64,000 nt of DNA from Bdellovibrionales bacterium (GTDB lineage: Bacteria; Bdellovibrionota; Bdellovibrionia; Bdellovibrionales; UBA1609), in contig JALZUS010000012.1 in assembly GCA_023299885.1 (NCBI GenBank), positions 206-64,205 on the forward strand, written 5' to 3'. Both the position numbers and the translations under genes were made by a program. Shown here piece after piece: positions 10,531 through 20,023 of this stretch. Positions within the stretch are counted from its first letter, which is position 1. Every line of letters begins with the position of its first letter. Below the pieces are notes generated by a model. It made no database searches. It saw only the letters and a program-made list of their open reading frames with translations, and was not told the origin of the DNA.

Positions 10531-11199
10531 TTAAGAAAGTAAGCCTACCTTCTTACGCACTTCATCTATTGGCATTTCAAGCATTTCTTCCAATTTATAG
10601 GCTAACAAAAAGTCAGAATTTTTTCCGCGCTCATAAGCTTCAGCTGCAGCCTCGAAAGCTTCTATTGCTTTTTCTGGATTAGTTTCCAGCAAGTGAATCA
10701 TCCCGGCAGAGATAATCATTAAAGCTACCCCACTCTTAATCTGCCCCAAAGAAAAGGCTTGGACTTTAATTTCACCAATTGGAGAAATATCGTAACCCAG
10801 TAAAGTATGCCATAAGTCATGAACAATATAAGTTCTATAGGTTAAATAATCGACAGGCCTATTTATTTTTATTTTTGGAAAAAAATCGATGTCTAGTTGA
10901 TTAGATGATAAATGCTTATAGTAGTCGTTACCTAAACTACCTTTATTACAACTTTCTAAAAAACTCATACTTGGCAATTGAGGTAACCACTGTGAGCAGG
11001 TCATTTCATTAAATGACGTATTCGTTAAAAGATCGTTTTCAATTCTTTGAATTTCTTTTTCATGAGTTTTCATGTTTGAAACTATATTTACAATTTCAAA
11101 TATTTTGTTTGTCTTTGTGGGGTCATTAATAAAACTTAGAAACTTTACTTTAGTTCGTTGTTTTTTAATCCACTCCACAAAAATCTCCCTTAACATCAA
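10531..11199 (-). CDS. Coq4-family protein
   Basis: HDLWH-x11-E (the HDxxH-x10-13-E zinc motif of the Coq4 family). Confidence 0.6.
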   Translation of the reverse strand: MMLREIFVEWIKKQRTKVKFLSFINDPTKTNKIFEIVNIVSNMKTHEKEIQRIENDLLTNTSFNEMTCSQWLPQLPSMSFLESCNKGSLGNDYYKHLSSNQLDIDFFPKIKINRPVDYLTYRTYIVHDLWHTLLGYDISPIGEIKVQAFSLGQIKSGVALMIISAGMIHLLETNPEKAIEAFEAAAEAYERGKNSDFLLAYKLEEMLEMPIDEVRKKVGLLS

Positions 11200-11845
11200 G
11201 CTCTTTTACATTAAGACCACGCTTAGCATAACTCAAGCGAGATAGCCTACGCACAATATGATAGCTATCTAAACCAGAGACCGACAAAGAACCTGCTTTT
11301 TCAACATCTATATAGCCATCAGGCATTAGGAAGCTTTTATTAATATAAACTTCTTTAATCTCTCCAATAACTATTACAGTGTTATTCACTTTTATGTCAT
11401 GAGTCTCAACTAGCTCTAGGCCTATTTTAATGACTGACTCTTTAACATAAGGAGCGTTTATCAATCCTGCCTTTAGTTCTGGCTCTATACTACACTCATC
11501 AAACTCTGACTCTTCTGGCAAATATCGTGCACTCGCTTGATGGGCTCTTTTATATAAATTTTTATGAACATGATTTATTGTGAACATTTTACTCTCTAAT
11601 ATATTGTTTAGAGTATCTCGCGCCGAGCTGACAGAATTTGGCCTTGAAACATATCCCATTAATGCTGGAGAGGCACCCACATGAAAAACAGAACTAACCA
11701 TTGATAAATTTTCAATGCCTTCAAGTGAAGAAGTACCAATTAAGTTTGCTGACTTAAAACCACTAAGACTATTTACAAATTTTACCCATTGCTTTTTATC
11801 TAAGTCATTTTTACTTACTGGCGTAATGCAAATCTCTTCTGACAT
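11165..11845 (-). CDS. flavin reductase-like FMN-binding domain protein
   Basis: ANLIGTSS...SMVSSVFHVGASPALMG pattern typical of the flavin reductase-like fold. Overlaps the Coq4-like gene by 35 nt. Confidence 0.55.
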   Translation of the reverse strand: MSEEICITPVSKNDLDKKQWVKFVNSLSGFKSANLIGTSSLEGIENLSMVSSVFHVGASPALMGYVSRPNSVSSARDTLNNILESKMFTINHVHKNLYKRAHQASARYLPEESEFDECSIEPELKAGLINAPYVKESVIKIGLELVETHDIKVNNTVIVIGEIKEVYINKSFLMPDGYIDVEKAGSLSVSGLDSYHIVRRLSRLSYAKRGLNVKELDVKGDFCGVD

Positions 11846-11893
11846 AATTACTTCCTTTTGGTTATTTCTTCTTATACATGCTAGCCTATGTAA

Positions 11894-12757
11894 ATGAAAA
11901 TACTAGTCATAGGTGGGACACGATTTTTTGGCAAACGCCTCGTTCAAAAACTTTTAAAAAATGATCATGAAGTAACGCTAATAACTCGCGGTAATAATGC
12001 TGACAACTTTGGAGACTCAGTAAAGCGAATCACCTGTGATCGCCTTAATTTTCAAAAGCTAAAAAAAGTAACTGAAGGGCAGTCTTGGGATTTAATTTAT
12101 GACCAAGTTTGTTTTGATTATAAAACAGCAAAAGAGGCTTGCGAAGTTTTTAACACTAAAACTAAGCGTTATATCTTTACATCTACTATTTCTACCTACG
12201 AAAGCGCAGGCGAACTCTTTGAATCCGATTTCAACCCCAACACTTATACTTTTCAAAAGCTAGAACCCCCTACGGGTAATTATGGCGAAGCGAAAAGACA
12301 AGCTGAGGCCGCCTTTGCGGAGTTTTGCAGCCTGCCCATTGCACTTATACGCCTTCCAATTGTTATCGGAGCAGATGACTACACTAAGCGCTTTGCCTTT
12401 CATATTGATAAGGTCAAAAGTAATAAAGAGGTATTTTTTCCAAACAAAAAAGTAAAGATGTCTTTTGTAAGTTCAGATGACGCTTCAGAGTGCCTATTGA
12501 AAATTGGTCTTTCTAATTTTACAGGCCCAATTAATGTTGCAAGCCCTCAGCCTATTGAAATAGCTCAAATGATGGAGCTTATAGAAAAAGAATTAGGTAA
12601 AAAAACTAACTACGCCCTTGAAGAAAACATAAGTAATCAATCTCCTTACGGAATAGATGAAGATTGGTATATTAATTGCGACAAACTTAAAAAGTTTGGG
12701 GTTGAATTAACGCCTATTACTGAATGGCTCCCCAAAATAATAAAGCAGCTTCTATGA
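11894..12757 (+). CDS. NAD-dependent epimerase/dehydratase family protein
   Basis: N-terminal Rossmann motif KILVIGGTRFFG. 287 aa. Confidence 0.7.
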   Translation: MKILVIGGTRFFGKRLVQKLLKNDHEVTLITRGNNADNFGDSVKRITCDRLNFQKLKKVTEGQSWDLIYDQVCFDYKTAKEACEVFNTKTKRYIFTSTISTYESAGELFESDFNPNTYTFQKLEPPTGNYGEAKRQAEAAFAEFCSLPIALIRLPIVIGADDYTKRFAFHIDKVKSNKEVFFPNKKVKMSFVSSDDASECLLKIGLSNFTGPINVASPQPIEIAQMMELIEKELGKKTNYALEENISNQSPYGIDEDWYINCDKLKKFGVELTPITEWLPKIIKQLL

Positions 12758-12765
12758 GCTGCTTT
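12742..12765. terminator. bidirectional hairpin between convergent genes
   Basis: AAAGCAGCT / AGCTGCTTT 9-bp stem with the TGA stop in the loop. Flanked by A/T runs. Confidence 0.55.
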
Positions 12766-12793
12766 ATTTATTATTCTAAAATATTTTATTAAA

Positions 12794-14854
12794 CTATCTA
12801 GGGCTTTGTCTTTTCGGGCTACCGCTTCCGCCACGCTTACTAGACGATGAACGATTTTTTGAAAACGGAGAAGCTCCAGTTCTTTTCTTACCGCCAGACT
12901 TCTTGCCTTTAAAGCTATTACCAGAAGATGTCTTCCTTTTATCTCCGCTGCCAGAACGATTATCTGAAAGCCTCTTACTACCACTTCTGTTGTCAGAGCG
13001 GCTGTCAGAACGCCCGCCTTCTGAACGACTTTCACCATCGCGTGACCAACGACCTTCGCCGCCTCTACCACTAGAACGACTGTCTGAACGACGGCCTTCT
13101 GAGCTACTGCCGCCATCGCGTGACCAACGACCCTCGCCGCCTCTACTGCTAGAGCGATTGTCTGAACGACGGCCTTCTGAACGCCCATCTTCTGAACGAC
13201 TGCCACCATCGCGTGACCAACGACCTTCACCATTAGATCTATTCTTTTTAAAACTTGAACCAGAGCGATTTTCATTTCTGTCATCTCTTGAGCGACGACC
13301 TTCTGAACGCTCGCCTCTACCACCGCGGCTATCTTCATCTCTATTGGTATCACTACCAAAGCGACCTCTGCCTGATGAATTTCTACGAGGCTCTTCTGCT
13401 TTAAATCGAGAAAAACGCTCTGCAGATCTTTTAGAAGATTTGTCGCGACTAGTTCCCCAGTTGCCTTTACCACGCCTGTCAGTGTCTTCATCATTACGCC
13501 TAAAGCTTTCACCTCTATCATTACTAAAACGAGCTTCACCTCTGCTGTCGTCATCTCTACGACTAGAGCTTCTGCGAGAATTTGGCTGCTCGTCTCTGTT
13601 TCTGCGATTATCAGCTAAACGACCACCGCGACCTCTCCCGCGATCACCACCTGATGAGCGACCAAAACTTCTTCCGCCTTCGCGTCTTCCGCGTCCGCCA
13701 TGTCTCTTTTGCTTGAACTCATCCGCATCAGCGTCATCAAATAATACTTTTCCGCCAGTCTCTAAAACAACATCTGTAATTTGATACTTTCTAACTAACT
13801 GCTGCCAGTTTCTTCTTTCTTCTGGCATTACAAAACTAAGAGCTTCGCCCTTAGCACCATTACGAGCTGTACGACCAATTCTGTGTACATAATCTTCTGG
13901 CATCATTGGTAAATCAAAATTAATAACATGCTCTACACTAGGAACATCAATCCCACGGGCTGCAACATCTGTTGCGCATAAAATTCTACTTTTACCTTCT
14001 TTAAAGTTTCTAATGGCTTTGTTTCTTTGGCCCTGAGTACGACCACCATGAATTAAATCTACTTTAAAACCAAAGTCTTTTAAGTTTTGAGCTAATCTGT
14101 CTGTTCTGTGCTTTGTACGTACAAAAACAATAATAGAACCTGTACGCTCATTAAGCTCATCAACAATACGGTCATCTTTTTCTTTAAATCTAACAAGGGC
14201 TGCAGACTGCTTAATAGCTTTAACTGGGAGAGAAACACGTCCTGCATTTATTTTTTTAGGCTTTATTAAGTATTTCTCAGCTAAAATTTGTACTTTTTTA
14301 GGAAGCGTAGCTGTAAAAAATAAAGTCTGTCTTTGCTTAGGTAAAAATCCTAAAATATCTTCTAGTTGTGGAGCAAAACCCATATCAATCATACGGTCGC
14401 CTTCATCTAAAATTAACATTTCTGTTTGTCTTAGGTGCAAGCTTTTTCTATTTAAGTGATCTGTTAAGCGACCAGGAGTTGCTACTATAATCCTTGGGTT
14501 TTTCTTAAGGCTGTTAAATTGTCTTCTAATATCCATACCGCCAACTAATGTAGTTGTATGCAAACCCTTACAATGCTTTGTAAGCTCTTTTACAAATTTA
14601 GCAATCTGAGTGGCCAATTCACGAGTTGGTGAAAGGATTAATGCTCTTGAATCTGGGTTATTTAATAGCATTGTAAGCATTGGAATTGAGAAGGCTGCTG
14701 TTTTACCAGAACCCGTCTCAGCGCAAGCCATAATGTCTCCGCCTTCGTCTGAAATTTTTAAAACAGCTTCTTGAATCTCAGTCGCTTTTTCAAATTTTAA
14801 ATCTGTGAGTGCTTTTTGTATATTAGAATGCAAATCCAAATCTTGGAAGTTCAT
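12794..14854 (-). CDS. DEAD-box-type ATP-dependent RNA helicase with a roughly 300-aa Arg/Ser/Gly/Asp-rich C-terminal tail
   Basis: Q motif TEIQ, motif I AETGSGKT, Ia PTRELA, II DEGD (variant of DEAD), III TAT, VI HRIGRTAR. Tail runs from about residue 385. Confidence 0.9.
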   Translation of the reverse strand: MNFQDLDLHSNIQKALTDLKFEKATEIQEAVLKISDEGGDIMACAETGSGKTAAFSIPMLTMLLNNPDSRALILSPTRELATQIAKFVKELTKHCKGLHTTTLVGGMDIRRQFNSLKKNPRIIVATPGRLTDHLNRKSLHLRQTEMLILDEGDRMIDMGFAPQLEDILGFLPKQRQTLFFTATLPKKVQILAEKYLIKPKKINAGRVSLPVKAIKQSAALVRFKEKDDRIVDELNERTGSIIVFVRTKHRTDRLAQNLKDFGFKVDLIHGGRTQGQRNKAIRNFKEGKSRILCATDVAARGIDVPSVEHVINFDLPMMPEDYVHRIGRTARNGAKGEALSFVMPEERRNWQQLVRKYQITDVVLETGGKVLFDDADADEFKQKRHGGRGRREGGRSFGRSSGGDRGRGRGGRLADNRRNRDEQPNSRRSSSRRDDDSRGEARFSNDRGESFRRNDEDTDRRGKGNWGTSRDKSSKRSAERFSRFKAEEPRRNSSGRGRFGSDTNRDEDSRGGRGERSEGRRSRDDRNENRSGSSFKKNRSNGEGRWSRDGGSRSEDGRSEGRRSDNRSSSRGGEGRWSRDGGSSSEGRRSDSRSSGRGGEGRWSRDGESRSEGGRSDSRSDNRSGSKRLSDNRSGSGDKRKTSSGNSFKGKKSGGKKRTGASPFSKNRSSSSKRGGSGSPKRQSPR
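13030..13235 (-). repeat. imperfect in-frame tandem repeats (78 and 93 nt periods) inside the helicase tail
   Basis: CATCGCGTGACCAACGACC recurs at 13036, 13114 and 13207, encoding three copies of GEGRWSRDGxS. Confidence 0.8.
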
Positions 14855-14861
14855 AGGTACC

Positions 14862-14927
14862 TATTCTTTCTGTTGGCTGCTTTATATAAGCAGCGGTCGC
14901 ATTATTGCGCTCATCGCAGAAAGAATA
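14862..14927 (-). promoter_or_regulatory. structured 5' leader directly upstream of the helicase start codon
   Basis: 11-bp arms TATTCTTTCTG (14862-14872) and CAGAAAGAATA (14917-14927) enclose a second hairpin, GCTGCTT/AAGCAGC. The arm next to the ATG covers the purine-rich likely SD. Confidence 0.4.
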
Positions 14928-15156
14928 TGTATACCTAATCGCATACTGGCATCATGTGCCCCGCTCTTACTAACGAATCGTTTTCTATCTTAGTGATTTC
15001 TAAAATATATCTGATGTATGTATGTAGCCTGCTGCATTAATAGTCAATCTTTGATTGTAGTTTTTTAAAACCCTGTAAGCTTTACCCAAAACAGGCCCAT
15101 ATCAGAACCAGCTTATCTATTTGTAATAACTAGGTTTTTTAAAGATAATAAAGCCT

Positions 15157-15969
15157 ATGAAACTCAAGTCTTTAGGGCTCACGACAGAACTCATTTTTAT
15201 GGACGATAACTGCTCTATTATTGATAGAGGTAGCTATACAGTTATTAAAACACCCTCAAACCCCTCTTACTTTTGGGGCAATTACCTGGTGTTTGATAAG
15301 CCACCTATCAATGGTGACTTTAATAAATGGCATAAAATTTTTGATGAAGAGTTTAAAAGCTACCCCACAAAACCAAAGCACTACTTATTTGCATGGGAAA
15401 CAGAAAGCACTAACCAAGACTTAACCGCTTTTAAAAATGCATACTATAAATATGAAAAAGGCGTTGCTTTAAGTACTACAAAAATTAATCCACCTCCTAA
15501 AATAAATAACGAAGTGGAAGTTAAAAAAATTAGTATAAAAGACCACCTTCAAGAAATCATCCAGCATCATAAAGCTTGCGCAGACCCATCACTCGTCACG
15601 GCCTATTATGATGAGTTTAAAGAGAAACAGTTTAATAACTATATAAGGCTTGTTGATGAAGGCCGTGGCCATTGGTTTGGCGCTTTTCTTAATAACAAAC
15701 TTGTTGCCGACCTTGGTATTTTTCATAAAGACGGAGTCGCAAGGTATCAGCTTGTAGGCACTCACCCTGATTACAGGCGACAAGGTATTTGCGGCACATT
15801 AGTTTATAAGGCTGGGCTTGTGGCTCTTACTGAGTACAACGCCAAAACATTAGTAATGGTTGCCGATGATGATTACCATGCTGCCCGTATTTATGAATCT
15901 GTGGGCTTCAAACCTAATGACTATATATATTCTTTTTGCATATGGGATGGGCTGCTAAATGCTCTATAG
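15157..15969 (+). CDS. GNAT family N-acetyltransferase
   Basis: C-terminal acetyl-CoA motif A-like RRQGICGTLV. 270 aa. Confidence 0.6.
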   Translation: MKLKSLGLTTELIFMDDNCSIIDRGSYTVIKTPSNPSYFWGNYLVFDKPPINGDFNKWHKIFDEEFKSYPTKPKHYLFAWETESTNQDLTAFKNAYYKYEKGVALSTTKINPPPKINNEVEVKKISIKDHLQEIIQHHKACADPSLVTAYYDEFKEKQFNNYIRLVDEGRGHWFGAFLNNKLVADLGIFHKDGVARYQLVGTHPDYRRQGICGTLVYKAGLVALTEYNAKTLVMVADDDYHAARIYESVGFKPNDYIYSFCIWDGLLNAL

Positions 15970-16393
15970 TCCGCTTGCTACTAAAGAAAAAGTTTTAGCT
16001 TATATTGTTAGCGCTAATAAACTTTTAGTTTTTGACCACAAAAAAACATGGTGTGAACCTGGGCCGCAAATCCCTGGCGGCAGCATTAAAGGTAATGAAA
16101 CACATCAAGAGGCATTACTTAGAGAATGCGCTGAAGAGTCAGGGCTGAGCCAGCTAAAAATTATTAATAAGTTTGATGAATATATTATTTACAGGCCTAT
16201 CCATAAACTCTTTAACCATAGGCATTGTTATTTATTAGAATCAGAAATTGAACTACCAGATTCTTGGTCTCATAAAGTTTTAGGAAACGGCAAAGACAAA
16301 AACATGGATTTTCATTTTTACTGGCTACCAATAAACGAGGCCATAGCTAAACTTAGCGGCAGCATGGACTATTCGCTAAACAAGTTACTCTAG
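15959..16393 (+). CDS. NUDIX hydrolase
   Basis: Nudix box GGSIKGNETHQEALLRECAEESG. Confidence 0.75.
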   Translation: MLYSPLATKEKVLAYIVSANKLLVFDHKKTWCEPGPQIPGGSIKGNETHQEALLRECAEESGLSQLKIINKFDEYIIYRPIHKLFNHRHCYLLESEIELPDSWSHKVLGNGKDKNMDFHFYWLPINEAIAKLSGSMDYSLNKLL

Positions 16394-16406
16394 CTCAGCT
16401 GCACCG

Positions 16407-16441
16407 CTTCGCAAAAAAGAACCTGGTACCTTTTTGCGAAG
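16407..16441. other. 11-bp perfect inverted repeat (possible terminator or operator)
   Basis: CTTCGCAAAAA ... TTTTTGCGAAG with a 13-nt spacer containing GGTACC. No downstream T-run. Confidence 0.35.
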
Positions 16442-16479
16442 CCTTGCGTTAAGCACCCAGAGTCTTTTATAGTTGGGCC

Positions 16480-17322
16480 ATGAAAACAAACAAGACTAAA
16501 GCAAATAAAAAGAAAAAAGTTATTTTAATTACGGGAGCCTCTTCTGGCTTTGGTTTTGATGTCGCAAAAGAGCTTATCAAGGATGGCCATATAGTTTATT
16601 GCACAGCCCGCAGAACCCAAATGATGGATGAGCTTAAAGAACTTGGCGGACATATCCACAAGCTTGATGTGACTGATGAAAAAGATATTCAACTTGTTGT
16701 TAAAACTATTATTTCTGAACATAAAAAAATTGATGTTCTTTTTAACAACGCCGGCTTTGGTACTATGGGGTCTATTGAGTCTTTGCCAATCGACACTATT
16801 AAATATCAGTTTGAAGTGAATGTATTTGGCATAGCCAACTTACTACAGGCTACACTCCCCCATATGAGAAAACAAAAAAGTGGAACTATCATTAATATGT
16901 CTTCATTGGTGGGCCATGTCTCAACACCATTTATGGGATGGTATGCAGCCACAAAACATTCTTTAAAAGCTTTATCTGAAGCCTTACGCATGGAAGTTTC
17001 TAGCTTCGGCATTAATGTTGTTATGATAGAGCCCGGGGCAGTAAAAACAGAATTTGAAGATGTGGCACTAAAGTCTTTAGAAGCCGTTAAGCACCATAAA
17101 GATTATAAAAAAATGATTTCTAATTTTAAAGCCAACTTTAAGGAAATCTACAAAAAGGCGCCAGGTCCAGAAAGCACAGTCAAAGCTGTGTTATCAGCCA
17201 TCAATAGCAGCCACCCTAAAACCACCTATAAGACTACTTTAGATTCAAAGCTATTTTCTACAGCCAAACGCTTTATTAGCGACAAGGCTTTTGACAAGGC
17301 TGTTTTAAGGCAAATGAAATAA
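16480..17322 (+). CDS. short-chain dehydrogenase/reductase (SDR)
   Basis: TGASSGFG cofactor motif and the YAATK catalytic YxxxK. Confidence 0.85.
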   Translation: MKTNKTKANKKKKVILITGASSGFGFDVAKELIKDGHIVYCTARRTQMMDELKELGGHIHKLDVTDEKDIQLVVKTIISEHKKIDVLFNNAGFGTMGSIESLPIDTIKYQFEVNVFGIANLLQATLPHMRKQKSGTIINMSSLVGHVSTPFMGWYAATKHSLKALSEALRMEVSSFGINVVMIEPGAVKTEFEDVALKSLEAVKHHKDYKKMISNFKANFKEIYKKAPGPESTVKAVLSAINSSHPKTTYKTTLDSKLFSTAKRFISDKAFDKAVLRQMK

Positions 17323-17339
17323 AACGTTAAGACCTTTGG

Positions 17340-17370
17340 CATTGAAGGGCTCCAAATAAGCCCTTCAATG
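17340..17370 (+). terminator. hairpin after the SDR gene
   Basis: CATTGAAGGGC / GCCCTTCAATG 11-bp stem with a 9-nt loop. Confidence 0.5.
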
Positions 17371-17445
17371 ATTATAGCTTATGCCTATTTAAATATAACT
17401 ATAAACAATTAGAAGTATTTGTTTAAATTCTCTATATTGATCCTA

Positions 17446-17460
17446 TTGATGATTCATCAA
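17446..17460. promoter_or_regulatory. 7-1-7 palindrome, Fur-family (PerR/Fur-like) operator candidate upstream of ahpC
   Basis: TTGATGA-T-TCATCAA is perfect. It is preceded by further ATTGAT hexamers and lies 45 nt upstream of the ahpC ATG. Confidence 0.45.
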
Positions 17461-17467
17461 CATGATG

Positions 17468-17485
17468 CCTGCCTAGCTAGGCAGG
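17468..17485. promoter_or_regulatory. 18-bp perfect palindrome in the ahpC leader
   Basis: CCTGCCTAG|CTAGGCAGG, 20 nt upstream of the ATG. Confidence 0.4.
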
Positions 17486-17504
17486 TTAAAACATAGGAGA
17501 AATA

Positions 17505-18071
17505 ATGCAAACACTAATCAACACAACTACACCAGAGTTTAATGTACAAGCTTACCACAATGGTGATTTCGTGACCGTAACTCAAGACACTCTTAAAGGT
17601 AAATGGTCTATCTTTTTCTTTTACCCGGCTGACTTTACATTCGTATGCCCTACAGAACTAGGCGATATGGCTGAAAAATATGCTGAGTTTCAAAAAATGG
17701 GTGTAGAGGTTTATGCAATCAGTACTGACACACATTTTTCTCACAAAGCTTGGCATGACACATCAGAGACTATTGGTAAAATTAAGTACCCCATGATTGC
17801 AGACCCTACCGGGCACCTATCAAGAGCTTTTGGCGTATACATTGAAGATGCAGGCATGGCTTACCGTGGCACATTTTTAATGAACCCTGAAGGCGAAATT
17901 AAATTAGCAGAAATGCATGACAATGGTATTGGCCGTAATGCTGACGAGCTTCACAGAAAAGTACAAGCTGCACAATTTATTGCTGCTAATCCAGATCAAG
18001 TTTGCCCAGCAAAATGGACTCCAGGAGCAGAAACTCTTAAACCAGGCTTAGACCTTGTTGGTAAAATTTAA
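17505..18071 (+). CDS. ahpC: alkyl hydroperoxide reductase subunit C (2-Cys peroxiredoxin)
   Basis: Peroxidatic FTFVCPTE and resolving VCPAKW. 188 aa, followed by ahpF. Confidence 0.92.
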   Translation: MQTLINTTTPEFNVQAYHNGDFVTVTQDTLKGKWSIFFFYPADFTFVCPTELGDMAEKYAEFQKMGVEVYAISTDTHFSHKAWHDTSETIGKIKYPMIADPTGHLSRAFGVYIEDAGMAYRGTFLMNPEGEIKLAEMHDNGIGRNADELHRKVQAAQFIAANPDQVCPAKWTPGAETLKPGLDLVGKI

Positions 18072-18086
18072 TTTTTAATTATCACT

Positions 18087-18107
18087 GTGAAGGCTTTAAG
18101 CCTTCAC
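18087..18107 (+). other. intercistronic hairpin between ahpC and ahpF
   Basis: GTGAAGGC / GCCTTCAC 8-bp stem with a 5-nt loop. No T-run, so it could be a partial terminator or a stabiliser. Confidence 0.4.
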
Positions 18108-18129
18108 ACCCAAATCTGAGGAGAACCCA

Positions 18130-19683
18130 ATGCTAGATTCACAAATGCTCGACCAACTTAAAACAGTCTATTCAAAACTAGAAAAAAACATTGAGCTTGT
18201 TCTCTATACGTCTACACACACCAAATACAATGAGCTAAAAAGCATGCTTGAAGATGTGAGCTCGACTTCAGAAAAAATCTCTTTAACTCTATCAAATGAA
18301 GTTTCTGAATCTCCAAGGTTTTATATAAAGTATGATGGTCAAAAAAATGGAATTCATTTTACAGGCATACCAGGTGGCCATGAGTTCACTTCTTTGATAC
18401 TTGCTATCTTAAACTCTGATAAAAAAGGGAAGCTCCCCGACGACAGTATCATTAATCGAATTAAAGCCTTAAAGGGCCCTCTCAATATTAGAACTTTTAT
18501 TTCCTTATCTTGTGAAAATTGCCCCGAGGTCGTTCAAGCCCTAAATATTATGTCTATTTATCATCCTGAATTTACACACGAAATGGTTGATGGAGAGTTT
18601 GCGCCTGAAGAAATTAAACGCCTAAAAATACAAGGTGTACCCAGTGTTATCGGAAAAGATGAGCTTGTAAGCTCTGGCCAAGTGAGCTTAGTTGATCTCA
18701 TAAACAGACTAGAAGATAAATACGGAAAAGATGAAAGCAAGGCTGCGAAGCCAAAAGACCTAGGCGCCTACGATGCCATAGTAGTAGGAGCCGGTCCCGC
18801 TGGCGCCTCCGCTGCTATTTACCTTGCAAGAAAAGGATTAAAGACAGCGATCATTGCAGAAAAAATGGGTGGCCAGGTACAAGACACAAAAAGTATCGAA
18901 AATTTAATTTCTGTACCCTATACAGAGGGACCACAACTTTCTGCCAAACTAGCTACTCATATTGCAGAGTATGATATCGAACTTTTAGAGCACAGGCGTG
19001 TTAACCAAGTTGAAAGCATAAACAAAGTGACTCACCTTAAACTAGACAGCGGAGAGTTTTTAAATACAAAATCACTGATTGTTGCCACAGGCGCCAAGTG
19101 GCGCGAACTTAATATCGATGGTGAAAAAGAATATCTAGGGCGCGGAGTCGCTTTTTGCCCCCATTGTGACGGGCCCTATTACAAAGGTAAAGATATTGCA
19201 GTTATTGGAGGAGGAAACTCAGGAGTTGAAGCTGCTATAGATTTAGCCGGCATTGTAAAGTCTATTACTGTTTTTGAGTACGGGCCAGAACTTAAGGCAG
19301 ACAGTGTACTTGTTAATAAACTTAATACCCTAAAAAATGTTAAAGTTATAACTAACGCTAGGTCTCATGAAATACATGGCGATGGAGACAAGGTAACAAG
19401 TATCGAATATGAAGACATGACTTCTAAAGAAATAAAGAATGTAGATCTTGATGGTATTTTTGTACAAATTGGACTCGTACCTAACAGTGCATTTTTAGAT
19501 GGTGTTGTTAAAACTAATAAATATGGTGAAATTATTATTGATGATAAATGCAAAACTAGCCAACCAGGTATCTATGCCGCAGGCGATGTAACTATTGTAC
19601 CGTTTAAACAAATAATTATTGCCATGGGTGAAGGCGCTAAAGCCGCGCTCACCGCCTTTGAAGATATCATGATGGCTGGCTAA
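18130..19683 (+). CDS. ahpF: alkyl hydroperoxide reductase subunit F
   Basis: N-terminal thioredoxin-like CENC, FAD motif GAGPAG and redox centre CPHC. 517 aa. Confidence 0.92.
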   Translation: MLDSQMLDQLKTVYSKLEKNIELVLYTSTHTKYNELKSMLEDVSSTSEKISLTLSNEVSESPRFYIKYDGQKNGIHFTGIPGGHEFTSLILAILNSDKKGKLPDDSIINRIKALKGPLNIRTFISLSCENCPEVVQALNIMSIYHPEFTHEMVDGEFAPEEIKRLKIQGVPSVIGKDELVSSGQVSLVDLINRLEDKYGKDESKAAKPKDLGAYDAIVVGAGPAGASAAIYLARKGLKTAIIAEKMGGQVQDTKSIENLISVPYTEGPQLSAKLATHIAEYDIELLEHRRVNQVESINKVTHLKLDSGEFLNTKSLIVATGAKWRELNIDGEKEYLGRGVAFCPHCDGPYYKGKDIAVIGGGNSGVEAAIDLAGIVKSITVFEYGPELKADSVLVNKLNTLKNVKVITNARSHEIHGDGDKVTSIEYEDMTSKEIKNVDLDGIFVQIGLVPNSAFLDGVVKTNKYGEIIIDDKCKTSQPGIYAAGDVTIVPFKQIIIAMGEGAKAALTAFEDIMMAG

Positions 19684-19694
19684 CGATTTAATCT

Positions 19695-19730
19695 CATAAA
19701 AAAAGGCTTATCCGAAGATAAGCCTTTTCA
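19695..19730. terminator. bidirectional rho-independent terminator (ahpF and the RRM gene)
   Basis: AAAGGCTTATC / GATAAGCCTTT 11-bp stem with a CGAA loop. A-run upstream and T-rich downstream. Confidence 0.7.
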
Positions 19731-19747
19731 ATTAAAAAATTATAACA

Positions 19748-20023
19748 CTAATAACGGTCACGGCTTGGACGCTCTTCACGTTCTTTTGCGATATTTACTT
19801 TAATAGTTCTTCCGCCAACTTCTTGACCATCTAAGCCAGCAATACATTTTTGAGCTTCTTCAGGAGAAGACATTTCAACAAAGCCAAAGCCTTTACTTCT
19901 TCCAGTCATGCGATCTGTAATGATTTTTACTGAGCTAACAGTTCCGTATTCACCAAAACTGGCTTCAAGACCTGATTCGTCAGTTTGGAAAGAAATATTT
20001 CCTACATATAATTTATTGCCCAT
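19748..20023 (-). CDS. RRM-type RNA-binding protein
   Basis: RNP2 LYVGNI and RNP1 KGFGFVEM. 91 aa. Confidence 0.85.
   Translation of the reverse strand: MGNKLYVGNISFQTDESGLEASFGEYGTVSSVKIITDRMTGRSKGFGFVEMSSPEEAQKCIAGLDGQEVGGRTIKVNIAKEREERPSRDRY

Noticed and set aside
12646-13784. Long ORFs in the track on the + strand (12903..13784) and in another - frame (12646..13554), overlapping the helicase tail
   Set aside because: They lie entirely within the low-complexity, repeat-rich tail of a helicase whose frame is anchored by canonical motifs. Their products are compositional mirror images (P/S/L-rich, V/A-rich) with no start context.
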